Source: an uncultured Muribaculaceae bacterium (lineage in GTDB: Bacteria > Bacillota_I > Bacilli_A > RF39 > UBA660). From it: a DNA stretch of 38,652 nucleotides. The translations under genes and the position numbers were made by a program. This document shows positions 1 to 9,081 of this stretch, piece after piece. The number at the start of each line of letters is the position of its first letter. Position 1 is the first letter of the stretch. The notes under the pieces are model-generated. The model made no database searches. It had not been told where the DNA came from and worked only from the letters and a program-made list of their open reading frames with translations. The stretch lies in the NCBI GenBank assembly GCA_964441535.1, contig CAYTXQ010000001.1, positions 1 through 38,652 of the forward strand, read 5' to 3'.

Positions 1-753
1 AGAGGATTTGAAAAAAGTATACCAATAGGATTTTTAACATATCCAATTAGTCAAGCAGCTGATATAACAGCATTTGATGCAGAATTAGTTCCTGGTGGGG
101 AAGATCAAGAACCGATTTTAGAACAAGATAGAGAGATTGTTAGAGCGTTTAATTCTATATATGGCGAAACATTAGTTGAACCATATTTAATAACACCAGA
201 AAAAGATATTTGTAAGAGATTACCAGGAATAGATGGCAAAAATAAAATGAGTAAATCTTTCGGAAATTGCATATATTTATCAGATGAACCAGAAGTGGTA
301 CAGAAGAAAATAATGGGAATGTTTACTGACCCAAATCATTTAAAAGTAGAAGATCCAGGTGATGTTGAAAACAATGCGGTATTTAAATATTTGGATGCTT
401 TATGTACTGATGAATATTTTACAAAATATTTACCAGAATACAAAAATTTAAATCAATTAAAAGAACATTATAAACGTGGTGGTTTAGGCGATGTAAAAAT
501 AAAAACATTTTTAAATAATGTAATACAAGAAATTTTAACTCCTATAAGAGAAAAAAGACATTATTATGAACAACATATTGATTATGTTTATGATATGTTA
601 GAAGAAGGAAGCAAGATTGCAAGAAAAAAAGCAATTGAAGTATTAAAGAGAGTTAGAAAATCAATAGGAATAGAATATTTTGAAGATTTGGAATTAAAAC
701 ACAGTATATATACAAATGTTGATAAAGAATTGAATGAAAAAAATGAATTATAA
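1..753 (+). CDS. trpS: tryptophan--tRNA ligase, 3' portion (5' end lies upstream of window)
   Basis: Frame 1 is open from base 1 and joins tracked ORF 247-753. My translation of 1-258 reads ..GFLTYPISQAADITAF..LVPGGEDQEPILEQDREIVRAFN..GIDGKNKMSKS. This gives the class I KMSKS loop at 244-258 plus TrpRS-like QAADI and GxDQ motifs. The Met at 247 is the M of KMSKS, not a start. Confidence 0.85.
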   Translation, partial: RGFEKSIPIGFLTYPISQAADITAFDAELVPGGEDQEPILEQDREIVRAFNSIYGETLVEPYLITPEKDICKRLPGIDGKNKMSKSFGNCIYLSDEPEVVQKKIMGMFTDPNHLKVEDPGDVENNAVFKYLDALCTDEYFTKYLPEYKNLNQLKEHYKRGGLGDVKIKTFLNNVIQEILTPIREKRHYYEQHIDYVYDMLEEGSKIARKKAIEVLKRVRKSIGIEYFEDLELKHSIYTNVDKELNEKNEL

Positions 754-758
754 ATTAT

Positions 759-787
759 TTGACTTTAATTGTTAGAAGTGTTAGAGT
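759..787 (+). promoter_or_regulatory. sigma-A-like promoter candidate for the ABC-F gene
   Basis: TTGACT (759-764), 17 nt spacer, TAGAGT (782-787). An SD AAGGTGGGA lies just before the ATG at 836. Confidence 0.45.
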
Positions 788-835
788 AATAAGCGTTATG
801 AGGATATTTAAAAATATTGATTAAGGTGGGATTTT

Positions 836-2344
836 ATGTCTGTAATTACTGTTTCAAATTTATCATTTCATTATGATGGAAGTTATGACAATATTTTTGA
901 AAATGTTTCTTTTTCAATTGATACTAATTGGAAACTTGGTTTTATTGGACGTAATGGAAGAGGCAAAACCACTTTTTTAAATCTTTTAATGGGCAAATAT
1001 GAATACAGTGGTACGATTTCTGCAAATGTGAATTTCGATTATTTTCCTTATGAAGTTAAAAACAAAAGTATTAGTTCGTTTGAAATAGCTTCTGAAATTA
1101 ATCAAAATTATGAACAATGGGAATTAGAAAAAGAAATTTCACTTTTAGAAATGGATCCAAATATTTTAACAAGACCTTTTGAAACATTAAGCAAAGGAGA
1201 ACAAACTAAGGTTTTATTAGCAATTATGTTTTTGAAAGAAAATGATTTTTTACTTATTGATGAACCTACCAATCACTTAGATGCAGGATCTCGTATAGCT
1301 GTTGCAAAATATTTAAAAAGTAAACGTAGTTTTATTTTAGTTTCACATGACCGAATATTTCTTGACACTTGTATTGACCATGTTTTGTCTATAAATCGTG
1401 CGAACATTGAAATTCAGCAAGGTAATTTTTCTTCTTGGTGGGAAAATAAAGAACGACAAGATAATTTTGAATTAAATGAAAACGAAAAACTAAAAAAAGA
1501 TATTATAAGGTTAGAACAATCCGCAAGACAATCAGCAGGATGGTCTCATCAAATTGAAAATACAAAATTCCGCGATATAAGTCAAAGTGATAATAGAGTT
1601 GATAAAGGATTTATTGGTAAAAAAGCATCAAAAATGATGAAGAGATCTATAGCAGCACAAAATCGCAAAAATAAAGCCATTGAAGATAAATCAAAACTTT
1701 TAAAAAACATTGAAATGGCAGAAGATTTAAAATTAAGTCCATTAATTTATAGAGCTAATAGATTAATTGATATTTCAGATTTGTCAATTTCTTATGGTGA
1801 AAATATAGTTTGTAATAATGTGAATTTCACAGTTGAAAATGGTGACAGGCTTCAACTCAAAGGAAATAATGGATGTGGGAAGTCAAGTATTATAAAATTA
1901 ATTTTAGGTCAAAATCTTGAATATAGTGGGCATTTATATGTGGCAAACGATCTTATAGTTTCCTATGTTTCACAGGATACATCCTATTTAAACGGAAATT
2001 TGACTGATTTTTCAAAATCCAATAATATTGATGAGAGTCTTTTTAAATCTATTCTTCGTAAACTTGATTTTTCAAGAATTCAATTTGAAAAAAACATTGA
2101 AAATTATAGTGAAGGTCAAAAGAAAAAAATTTTAATAGCAAAAAGTTTGTGTGAGCAGGCAGATTTATATATTTGGGATGAACCTTTGAATTATATTGAT
2201 GTTTTATCTAGAATTCAAATTGAAGATGTAATTTTAAATTATTGTCCAACTATGATTTTTGTTGAACATGATCAATTGTTTTCAGAGAAAGTCGCAACTA
2301 AATCTCTTGTTTTAGAACCAAATTATAAAAATAAGCAAAGGTAA
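836..2344 (+). CDS. ABC-F family ATPase, Lsa-like (putative ribosomal protection type)
   Basis: 502 aa with no TM segments and two ABC cassettes. Cassette 1: GRNGRGKTT / LSKGEQTK / LLIDEPTNHLD. Cassette 2: GNNGCGKSS / YSEGQKKK / YIWDEPLNYID. A charged linker separates them. The N-terminus (NLSFHYDGSYDNIFENVSFSIDTNWKLGFIGRNGRGKTTFLNLL..YEYSG) resembles Lsa-family proteins as I remember them. Confidence 0.8.
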   Translation: MSVITVSNLSFHYDGSYDNIFENVSFSIDTNWKLGFIGRNGRGKTTFLNLLMGKYEYSGTISANVNFDYFPYEVKNKSISSFEIASEINQNYEQWELEKEISLLEMDPNILTRPFETLSKGEQTKVLLAIMFLKENDFLLIDEPTNHLDAGSRIAVAKYLKSKRSFILVSHDRIFLDTCIDHVLSINRANIEIQQGNFSSWWENKERQDNFELNENEKLKKDIIRLEQSARQSAGWSHQIENTKFRDISQSDNRVDKGFIGKKASKMMKRSIAAQNRKNKAIEDKSKLLKNIEMAEDLKLSPLIYRANRLIDISDLSISYGENIVCNNVNFTVENGDRLQLKGNNGCGKSSIIKLILGQNLEYSGHLYVANDLIVSYVSQDTSYLNGNLTDFSKSNNIDESLFKSILRKLDFSRIQFEKNIENYSEGQKKKILIAKSLCEQADLYIWDEPLNYIDVLSRIQIEDVILNYCPTMIFVEHDQLFSEKVATKSLVLEPNYKNKQR

Positions 2345-2365
2345 ATAATAAATTTTATTTTTATA

Positions 2366-2393
2366 TTGACAAATTACAAAAAAATGTTAATAT
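2366..2393 (+). promoter_or_regulatory. promoter candidate with extended -10
   Basis: TTGACA (2366-2371), 16 nt spacer ending in TGt, TAATAT (2388-2393). The TTG that the ORF track uses as a start is the -35 hexamer. Confidence 0.5.
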
Positions 2394-2416
2394 TACTATT
2401 AATTAGGAGGTATTTT

Positions 2417-3361
2417 ATGAAACCAAAAATTGCAGTGGTCATGCCAGTTTACAATGCAAAAAATTTTATTAGAGAAGGACTTGATAGTTTAATTAATCAA
2501 AGTTTTAAAGATATTATAATTATATGTGTAAACGATGCTTCTCCAGATAATTGTAACAAAATATTAACTGAATATGAAAAAAAAGATAATCGTATTGTGG
2601 TTATCAACCACGAAATAAACAAGGGTGCTGGTGCAGCTAGAAATACTGGACTGGATTATATTTATGAAAATTTACCTGATGTTGAATATATTTCTTTTGT
2701 GGATGCCGATGACCGAATTGAACTTAATACTTATGAAAAAACTTATAATGAAGCAAAAAAATCTGATGCTGATATTCTAAATTTTAATTTTCTACCAAGC
2801 ACTTATTGGCAATATAAAACAGAAGCCAATAGTGAACCACTTGATTATAAAAACGATTGTTTAGATGCATTATTTGAACATAAAGAATTTTATACCTTTG
2901 TTGTATGCTGGAGTAAACTTTACAAAAAAGAATTATTAAGGGATATACGTTTTTCTGATTTAGGATTCTTTGAAGATGGGAATTTTGCTTATAAAGTTCT
3001 TCCGAGAGCTAAAAAAATGCGAGTTATTCCAGATACACTTTATTTTTATAATATTGAAAATCCAGAATCTACATGTGGAAAAATTTCTAATGCAAATAGA
3101 TTGAAAGCAATTTTTAAGACAATAAAAGAAACTTTTAATGATTGGGAAAAACTTGGAATTCTTGAAAAGTACAAGTATCAATATATTCAACATATTCTTC
3201 TCTACACTTCATTGGTTTGTCCTGATGTTTTAGAGGGTAATTATATTAATGAGTTAAATAACTGTTTTGGACTAAATGTTTTAGATGAAAAAATTATGAA
3301 TAAAATGTCAGAAGAAACTAAAAGTCTAATTTTAAAAATGACTAAAAAAATTGAGGACTAG
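2417..3361 (+). CDS. family 2 glycosyltransferase
   Basis: Start moved to the ATG at 2417, preceded by AGGAGG (2405-2410). GT2 hallmarks are present: KIAVVMPVYNAKNFI..LDSLINQSF, VNDASPD and FVDADD. Confidence 0.8.
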   Translation: MKPKIAVVMPVYNAKNFIREGLDSLINQSFKDIIIICVNDASPDNCNKILTEYEKKDNRIVVINHEINKGAGAARNTGLDYIYENLPDVEYISFVDADDRIELNTYEKTYNEAKKSDADILNFNFLPSTYWQYKTEANSEPLDYKNDCLDALFEHKEFYTFVVCWSKLYKKELLRDIRFSDLGFFEDGNFAYKVLPRAKKMRVIPDTLYFYNIENPESTCGKISNANRLKAIFKTIKETFNDWEKLGILEKYKYQYIQHILLYTSLVCPDVLEGNYINELNNCFGLNVLDEKIMNKMSEETKSLILKMTKKIED

Positions 3362-3404
3362 ATTTTCTAGTTCTTTATTTATAAATATAACAAAGGAGAT
3401 AAAT

Positions 3405-4370
3405 ATGATAACTTTACCAGAAAAATACAAAAATAATATAGTGTCTATGTTTGGTATTATAGGAGAAAATTGGATAGCAAATGTTCCAAAAATTATAGAT
3501 AAATATATTAAAAAATTTAATTTAAAAAATATAAAAATTCCAAATGATTTTACTTATAATATAATTTTATTTGCTGATAGTAAAGATTTTGGGCAGGTAG
3601 TATTAAAGGCAGAAATTCCATTTAAAGAAATGACTTTAAGAGAATCAGTAGCTTTAAAGTTAAATGATGGCAAGGGAGCTTGTAAATGCTATTATAGCAA
3701 CATAGATGATGGTATTTTAATAATAGAAAGGCTTTTACCTGGTAAATCATTAAATACAATTAATAATATAGATGAAAGAATAAAGGTTTTTTCTGAAGTT
3801 GCTTCAAAATTTAATATTAGAGTTAAAGATAGTCAAGGATTACCATCATATAGAGAAATCTTAAATAGATCAATTAATATAGCAAATAATGATCCACAAA
3901 AATTTAAACCAGTAAAAAATTTGTTATCTGTAGCAAATTCAATATATAATGAAATAGAAGAAAAAAATGATTCTAATTATTTATTACATTCTGATTTATA
4001 TTGTGATAATATTCTAACAACTAATGACGGATGGAAAACAATTGATCCTCATGGTTTTATTGGAGAGAAAATATTAGACTCTGCAATATTTATTATGAAA
4101 GAACTTGAAAATTCAAATTTTAGCAGTGATGATATTTGTAATATTTTAACATTAATGGGAAAATATTATGATTCAGATGAATTAGAGTTATGCAAAGCTC
4201 TATTCGTAAATTATGTATTAAACGTATGTTGGGATATTGAAGTCAATTTAGATTTAAAATATATTGAAGATTGTGTTAATAAAGCAAAAACAATACTTAA
4301 TTACTTAACAAATCAAACATTAAATAATCAAAATCAACAAGAATCAAATAGTAAAAAATTAATAAAATAA
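3405..4370 (+). CDS. aminoglycoside phosphotransferase family kinase, APH(6)/streptomycin-kinase-like
   Basis: Start moved to the ATG at 3405 after AAAGGAGA. The Brenner-type catalytic loop is LLHSDLYCDNIL, followed by GWKTIDPHGFIGE. This parallels HGDLHHENI...GWLVIDPVGLVGE of APH(6) enzymes. ESVALKLNDGKGA and ILIIERLLPGKSL match the N-lobe. Confidence 0.65.
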   Translation: MITLPEKYKNNIVSMFGIIGENWIANVPKIIDKYIKKFNLKNIKIPNDFTYNIILFADSKDFGQVVLKAEIPFKEMTLRESVALKLNDGKGACKCYYSNIDDGILIIERLLPGKSLNTINNIDERIKVFSEVASKFNIRVKDSQGLPSYREILNRSINIANNDPQKFKPVKNLLSVANSIYNEIEEKNDSNYLLHSDLYCDNILTTNDGWKTIDPHGFIGEKILDSAIFIMKELENSNFSSDDICNILTLMGKYYDSDELELCKALFVNYVLNVCWDIEVNLDLKYIEDCVNKAKTILNYLTNQTLNNQNQQESNSKKLIK

Positions 4371-4482
4371 ATCTATTTACGATTTATTATGAAAGAATTA
4401 ATATTTACTTTTTTCTATGTGAAGAATAAAATTCTAGGATATACTTATACCATATTATTTTCTACAATTGATTATAATCTTC

Positions 4483-4511
4483 TTGTATTTTTTACCAAAA
4501 AGTGGTATAAT
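4483..4511 (+). promoter_or_regulatory. strong promoter candidate (extended -10) in the aph / orphan ORF spacer
   Basis: TTGTAT (4483-4488), 17 nt spacer, TGg-TATAAT (4503-4511). Confidence 0.5.
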
Positions 4512-4599
4512 TACAATGTAATTAAGAAATGACATCTTAATTATATAATTGGTACTGTATAACAGTAACTAAATAATTAAAAATTTTATATAATATATT

Positions 4600-4645
4600 A
4601 AGCAGTACCTAATATTAATTAAAAAATATTTTGTGCTGCTTTTTA
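4600..4645 (+). terminator. intrinsic terminator-like hairpin
   Basis: AAGCAGTAC (4600-4608) pairs with GTGCTGCTT (4633-4641) with one G.U. An inner AATATT/AATATT helix is present, and a run of 5 T follows (4640-4644). Confidence 0.55.
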
Positions 4646-4648
4646 CGT

Positions 4649-4673
4649 AACAGATTAAAATTATCTGTTTTAT
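4649..4673 (+). terminator. second, weaker hairpin plus U-tract
   Basis: AACAGAT (4649-4655) pairs with ATCTGTT (4663-4669), followed by TTAT. Confidence 0.3.
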
Positions 4674-4705
4674 AAAAATATTAGCTTTAATGGAGGAAAA
4701 TTTTT

Positions 4706-5401
4706 ATGAAAGAATTTGATAATAATATGTCTAAGGTTTTAGATATTCAACTTGCTTTGGAAAATTATCAAGATAATACAGGAGAAAATACAGATTTAAT
4801 AAATAAAGCATTTTCAGAAATATCAATTTTAAGAAAAAGTGAGAATGAATTATCTGAAGAAGAACGACTTAATTCATCAAAAAACTTATTAATAAAACTA
4901 AATAAATTATTAGATGAAATAGGTAGAGAAAAATTTATATTTTATGATGATGGTGATATAGATTATATATGGAAACACATAAACAGTAAAACGAGAGATA
5001 CAAATAATAAAGATGATAAAGCTTTGGAATATGCGAGATATAATGAAGATGAAAATATTAAAATAGAAAATTTAAATCAAGAAGTGGAAATTATGTTTAG
5101 TCATCTAGTTGCGGCAATTACAAAAATATTATCTTTTAAATCATATAAAGAAGCACATAAAGAGTATAAAAAAGTATTATCTATTATACTTAAATGGTCA
5201 AATAAATATAATATCAGTAAAAAATTATCATTAATAAATCACAAAGATTTGTTAGATGTATATAAAAAATTAGAAGAGTTAAAAAGTAAATGGTTATTTG
5301 ATGCCAATCTAGGCGAAGAAAGTGAATTAAGTGATGAAGTAATCGTTTGGATGTGGGAATTAATGCAATTAAGAAAATTAGAAATTGAAAAGGAAAAATA
5401 A
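4706..5401 (+). CDS. hypothetical acidic, helix-rich protein (no family recognised)
   Basis: 231-aa ORF with an SD GGAGGA 8 nt upstream. Composition is K/E/N-rich with no TM segment and no recognisable motif. Confidence 0.6.
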   Translation: MKEFDNNMSKVLDIQLALENYQDNTGENTDLINKAFSEISILRKSENELSEEERLNSSKNLLIKLNKLLDEIGREKFIFYDDGDIDYIWKHINSKTRDTNNKDDKALEYARYNEDENIKIENLNQEVEIMFSHLVAAITKILSFKSYKEAHKEYKKVLSIILKWSNKYNISKKLSLINHKDLLDVYKKLEELKSKWLFDANLGEESELSDEVIVWMWELMQLRKLEIEKEK

Positions 5402-5522
5402 TTTATATCGTTTTTACGTAAAGTAAGTAAAAATAACATAAATATGTAATAGTCTTATTTACTTATATGTTAAAATATAATTATAGGGGGAATATACTGT
5501 ACAATGAAAGGAGGGAAGAAAC

Positions 5523-5570
5523 ATGAATTGGAGATTATTTATAAGAAACGTACTTGGAAGATTTGCTTAA
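5523..5570 (+). CDS. 15-codon micro-ORF (MNWRLFIRNVLGRFA), cationic and amphipathic
   Basis: The ATG at 5523 lies 7 nt downstream of a near-perfect SD AAAGGAGGG (5508-5516). TAA is at 5568-5570 and a strong terminator follows at 5619-5657. The ORF is not in the six-frame track because of its size. Confidence 0.35.
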   Translation: MNWRLFIRNVLGRFA

Positions 5571-5618
5571 AAAATAAATAATTGTTTTCTATAGGCAATA
5601 ATTATTTAATTGTAAGAA

Positions 5619-5657
5619 GAGAAACTTTAAAAATTTTAATTTTAAGTTTCTTTTTTT
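5619..5657 (+). terminator. intrinsic terminator
   Basis: GAAACTT(T)AAAA (5621-) pairs with TTTTAAGTTTC (-5650), followed by 7 T (5651-5657). Confidence 0.65.
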
Positions 5658-5667
5658 AAATTAAACA

Positions 5668-5696
5668 TTGAATAAAAATAAGATTGTTGTTATAAT
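5668..5696 (+). promoter_or_regulatory. promoter candidate for the CPBP gene
   Basis: TTGAAT (5668-5673), 17 nt spacer, TATAAT (5691-5696). Confidence 0.5.
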
Positions 5697-5723
5697 AAAC
5701 ATTAGAAAGTAGGTTTTTTATTT

Positions 5724-6416
5724 ATGGAAAAAGGTAGTTTTAAATTAAATAATATAACAAAAACTTTAGCAGTCTTTCTATTATATTTTACTTATACAAA
5801 TATTACTATGTATATTTGTAATACTTTTGGAATTAAATATGATTTAAGTATTGCATTATATGTTGATTGTGTTTTTATGTTTATACTCGTATATATATAT
5901 CAAAATAATATTAAAGCTGATATAAAAAATCTTAAAGAAAATTATTCACTAAAGAAAATTCTAAAGACTATAATTTTTACTGTTTTAATAATTTTCTTTG
6001 CATATCTTTTATTTACTTTAATTGTTACTGTTTTTTTCCCAAATGTTCAAACAAGTAGTGATGATAATACCGAAAAAATAAGAGATTTATACAATATTTC
6101 AGTTTTTTACACTATATTTAAAACCTTAATTTTTGGTGTTGTTGCTGAAGAATTGTTATTTAGAGAGGCTGTTAGAGATATAATAAAAAGAAAATGGCTA
6201 TTTATAATAATAAGTGTTTTAATTTATACAACTATAAATTTTATATATACAGATTTTACAACTAAAACACTACTATTTGATATTATTTTTAAATTATATT
6301 GGGGTTTTATGTTTTCCATTACTTATATTAAAAATAATAGTAATATAGTAATATTGATATTAATTAAATTTGTGTATAATTTAATTCCATTGACAATTTT
6401 GTTATTGGGATTATAA
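5724..6416 (+). CDS. CPBP (CAAX/Abi) family intramembrane glutamic endopeptidase
   Basis: Polytopic membrane protein with the CPBP motif 1 EExxxR in GVVAEELLFREAV. Size (230 aa) and topology are typical of the family. Confidence 0.75.
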   Translation: MEKGSFKLNNITKTLAVFLLYFTYTNITMYICNTFGIKYDLSIALYVDCVFMFILVYIYQNNIKADIKNLKENYSLKKILKTIIFTVLIIFFAYLLFTLIVTVFFPNVQTSSDDNTEKIRDLYNISVFYTIFKTLIFGVVAEELLFREAVRDIIKRKWLFIIISVLIYTTINFIYTDFTTKTLLFDIIFKLYWGFMFSITYIKNNSNIVILILIKFVYNLIPLTILLLGL

Positions 6417-6452
6417 AATATATGATTTAATTATTTAGAGAGGAGTTTTATC

Positions 6453-7124
6453 TTGAGAAAGAATGGTTTAATTTTATTTATTATTACAGCAATATTTGTT
6501 TTTATATTTATTTTAGGATCTACTATTAATAAAAAATTAATTAATAAAGAAGATAAAACTTCTAATAAAGTTGCTAATAGCAAAGAAACTAAAATAATTA
6601 AAACAGAAAGTAAAAATTATATTTCTTATTTAGTGGAAGACCAAGAAAGAGATTTGACATATACATGGAGTTTTAAAAAGACTAAGGATTTTAATGATAA
6701 AGTTAATAATTTAATTGAAAATTTAAGTTTAAGATTAATGATAGATGCTACTACAGAAAGTACTAAAGAAATAAATGAATTAGTTAATCAAGATAAAACT
6801 ATAGTTAGTTTTGATTATCATGGTACTTTACCAGAAAAAGCAGTTGTAAAGATTAATGTATCAGATAAATTTAAAGATGGAGATAAATTATATTTATATT
6901 ATTATAATGAAGATAAAAGTCAAATTGAATTTATAGATGATAATATAATAGTAAATGATGGTTATGCTGAATTTAGTATAGATCATTGCTCTGATTATTT
7001 TTTAACAGCAGCAGTAGTAAATGATGTTGCTAAAAATCCTAAGAGTATTAATTATATTATTATTGGTTTAGGTCTTGTTGTATTTGGATTAGTTGCATAT
7101 ACTTTAGCGCAGAGTAAGAAATAG
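6453..7124 (+). CDS. hypothetical bitopic membrane or surface protein
   Basis: TTG start 8 nt after GAGAGGAG. There is an N-terminal TM (LILFIITAIFVFIFILG) and a C-terminal TM (YIIIGLGLVVFGLVAYTLA) followed by QSKK. No family was recognised. Confidence 0.6.
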   Translation: MRKNGLILFIITAIFVFIFILGSTINKKLINKEDKTSNKVANSKETKIIKTESKNYISYLVEDQERDLTYTWSFKKTKDFNDKVNNLIENLSLRLMIDATTESTKEINELVNQDKTIVSFDYHGTLPEKAVVKINVSDKFKDGDKLYLYYYNEDKSQIEFIDDNIIVNDGYAEFSIDHCSDYFLTAAVVNDVAKNPKSINYIIIGLGLVVFGLVAYTLAQSKK

Positions 7125-8759
<1,635 letters not shown>

Positions 8760-8769
8760 CTCTATATAA

Positions 8770-8778
8770 ATTATACCA
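8770..8778 (-). promoter_or_regulatory. extended -10 (TGgTATAAT on the minus strand) very close to the DUF192 start
   Basis: The reverse complement of 8757-8780 reads agTGgTATAATttatatagagGTG. Only about 10 nt separate the -10 from the GTG, implying a very short or leaderless 5' UTR. Confidence 0.35.
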
Positions 8779-8842
8779 CTTATATTAAATTAATTAAAAT
8801 TTATTATTAAAATTTATTTATTACAAAAAAAGATCCATGATA

Positions 8843-8871
8843 TTTACTTTATATTAAAAATGTGTTATATT
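8843..8871 (+). promoter_or_regulatory. promoter candidate of the repeat-RNA / toxin-like operon
   Basis: TTTACT (8843-8848), 17 nt spacer, TGt-TATATT (8863-8871). Confidence 0.5.
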
Positions 8872-8876
8872 ATCTT

Positions 8877-8893
8877 TGCAATCAAAGATTGCA
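8877..8893 (+). promoter_or_regulatory. perfect 7-bp inverted repeat at the predicted transcript 5' end (operator or 5' hairpin)
   Basis: TGCAATC-AAA-GATTGCA. Confidence 0.4.
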
Positions 8894-8902
8894 TGTGCTA
8901 GT

Positions 8903-9013
8903 GTAGTAAATGTTAATCGCTCCCGGATGGTGCGAACAATAAATTATTCCGGTAGTTAAATTTTAATCGCTTCTAGATGGTGCGAGCAATAAATTATTCT
9001 AGATGAAAATGTT
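8903..9013 (+). ncRNA. tandem direct repeat array (2 full units of 49-50 nt plus a partial third), candidate type III antitoxin RNA
   Basis: Unit 1 (8903-8951): gtagtaaatgTTAATCGCTcCCGGATGGTGCGAaCAATAAATTATTCCGG. Unit 2 (8952-9001): gtagttaaatttTAATCGCTtCTAGATGGTGCGAgCAATAAATTATTCTAG. A partial unit runs from about 9002 (atgaaaatgtt..). The array sits between a promoter and a terminator, upstream of a toxin-like ORF. Confidence 0.6.
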
Positions 9014-9049
9014 GAAAACTTTATCTGATTTGATAGAGTTTTCTTTTTT
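9014..9049 (+). terminator. intrinsic terminator between the repeat array and the downstream ORF
   Basis: GAAAACTTTATC (9014-9025) pairs with GATAGAGTTTTC (9032-9043) with one G.U, followed by 6 T (9044-9049). Confidence 0.7.
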
Positions 9050-9081
9050 GTTATGTTAAAATTATGTTAGGAGTTGATTAT

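Noticed and set aside
2960-3193. Antisense or overlapping shadow ORFs listed in the track. These are 2960-3193, 5239-5439, 7142-7372, 11030-11290, 14991-15251, 16179-16430, 17199-17420, 20643-20879, 22708-22980, 23140-23367, 30635-30829 and 38157-38507 (all minus strand), plus 24629-24892 and 25049-25243 (plus strand, inside the spoVB-like gene).
   Set aside because: Each lies entirely within a well-supported gene on the opposite strand. All have low-complexity translations (F/I/L/S/N-rich) typical of antisense frames in AT-rich DNA, and none has an SD.
4389-4532. 47-codon ORF (MKELIFTFFYVKNKILGYTYTILF...) in the aph / orphan spacer.
   Set aside because: There is no SD-like sequence upstream, it overlaps the predicted promoter at 4483-4511, and its composition is typical of random AT-rich ORFs. 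It is not called as a gene.
836-7124. The accessory block as a mobile element or genomic island.
   Set aside because: No integrase, transposase, recombinase, tRNA attachment site or long terminal repeats are visible. Only the 11-nt repeat around 4706-5401 was seen, and it is reported separately at low interest.
8790-8842. Short A/T direct repeats (TTAAAATTTATT twice) upstream of the repeat-RNA promoter.
   Set aside because: These are pure A/T low-complexity strings in a very AT-rich spacer. They cannot be distinguished from chance or from a generic UP-element-like tract.
8903-9013. Tandem repeats considered as a CRISPR array or as a tandem riboswitch (glycine, preQ1-I, guanidine-II, NAD+-type).
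   Set aside because: The units are directly adjacent with no spacers and only about 2.3 copies, so this is not CRISPR. None of the conserved cores of the tandem riboswitch classes I know (for example the ACGR loops of mini-ykkC or the preQ1 A-rich tail) is present. The downstream ORF looks like a type III toxin rather than a metabolic gene.
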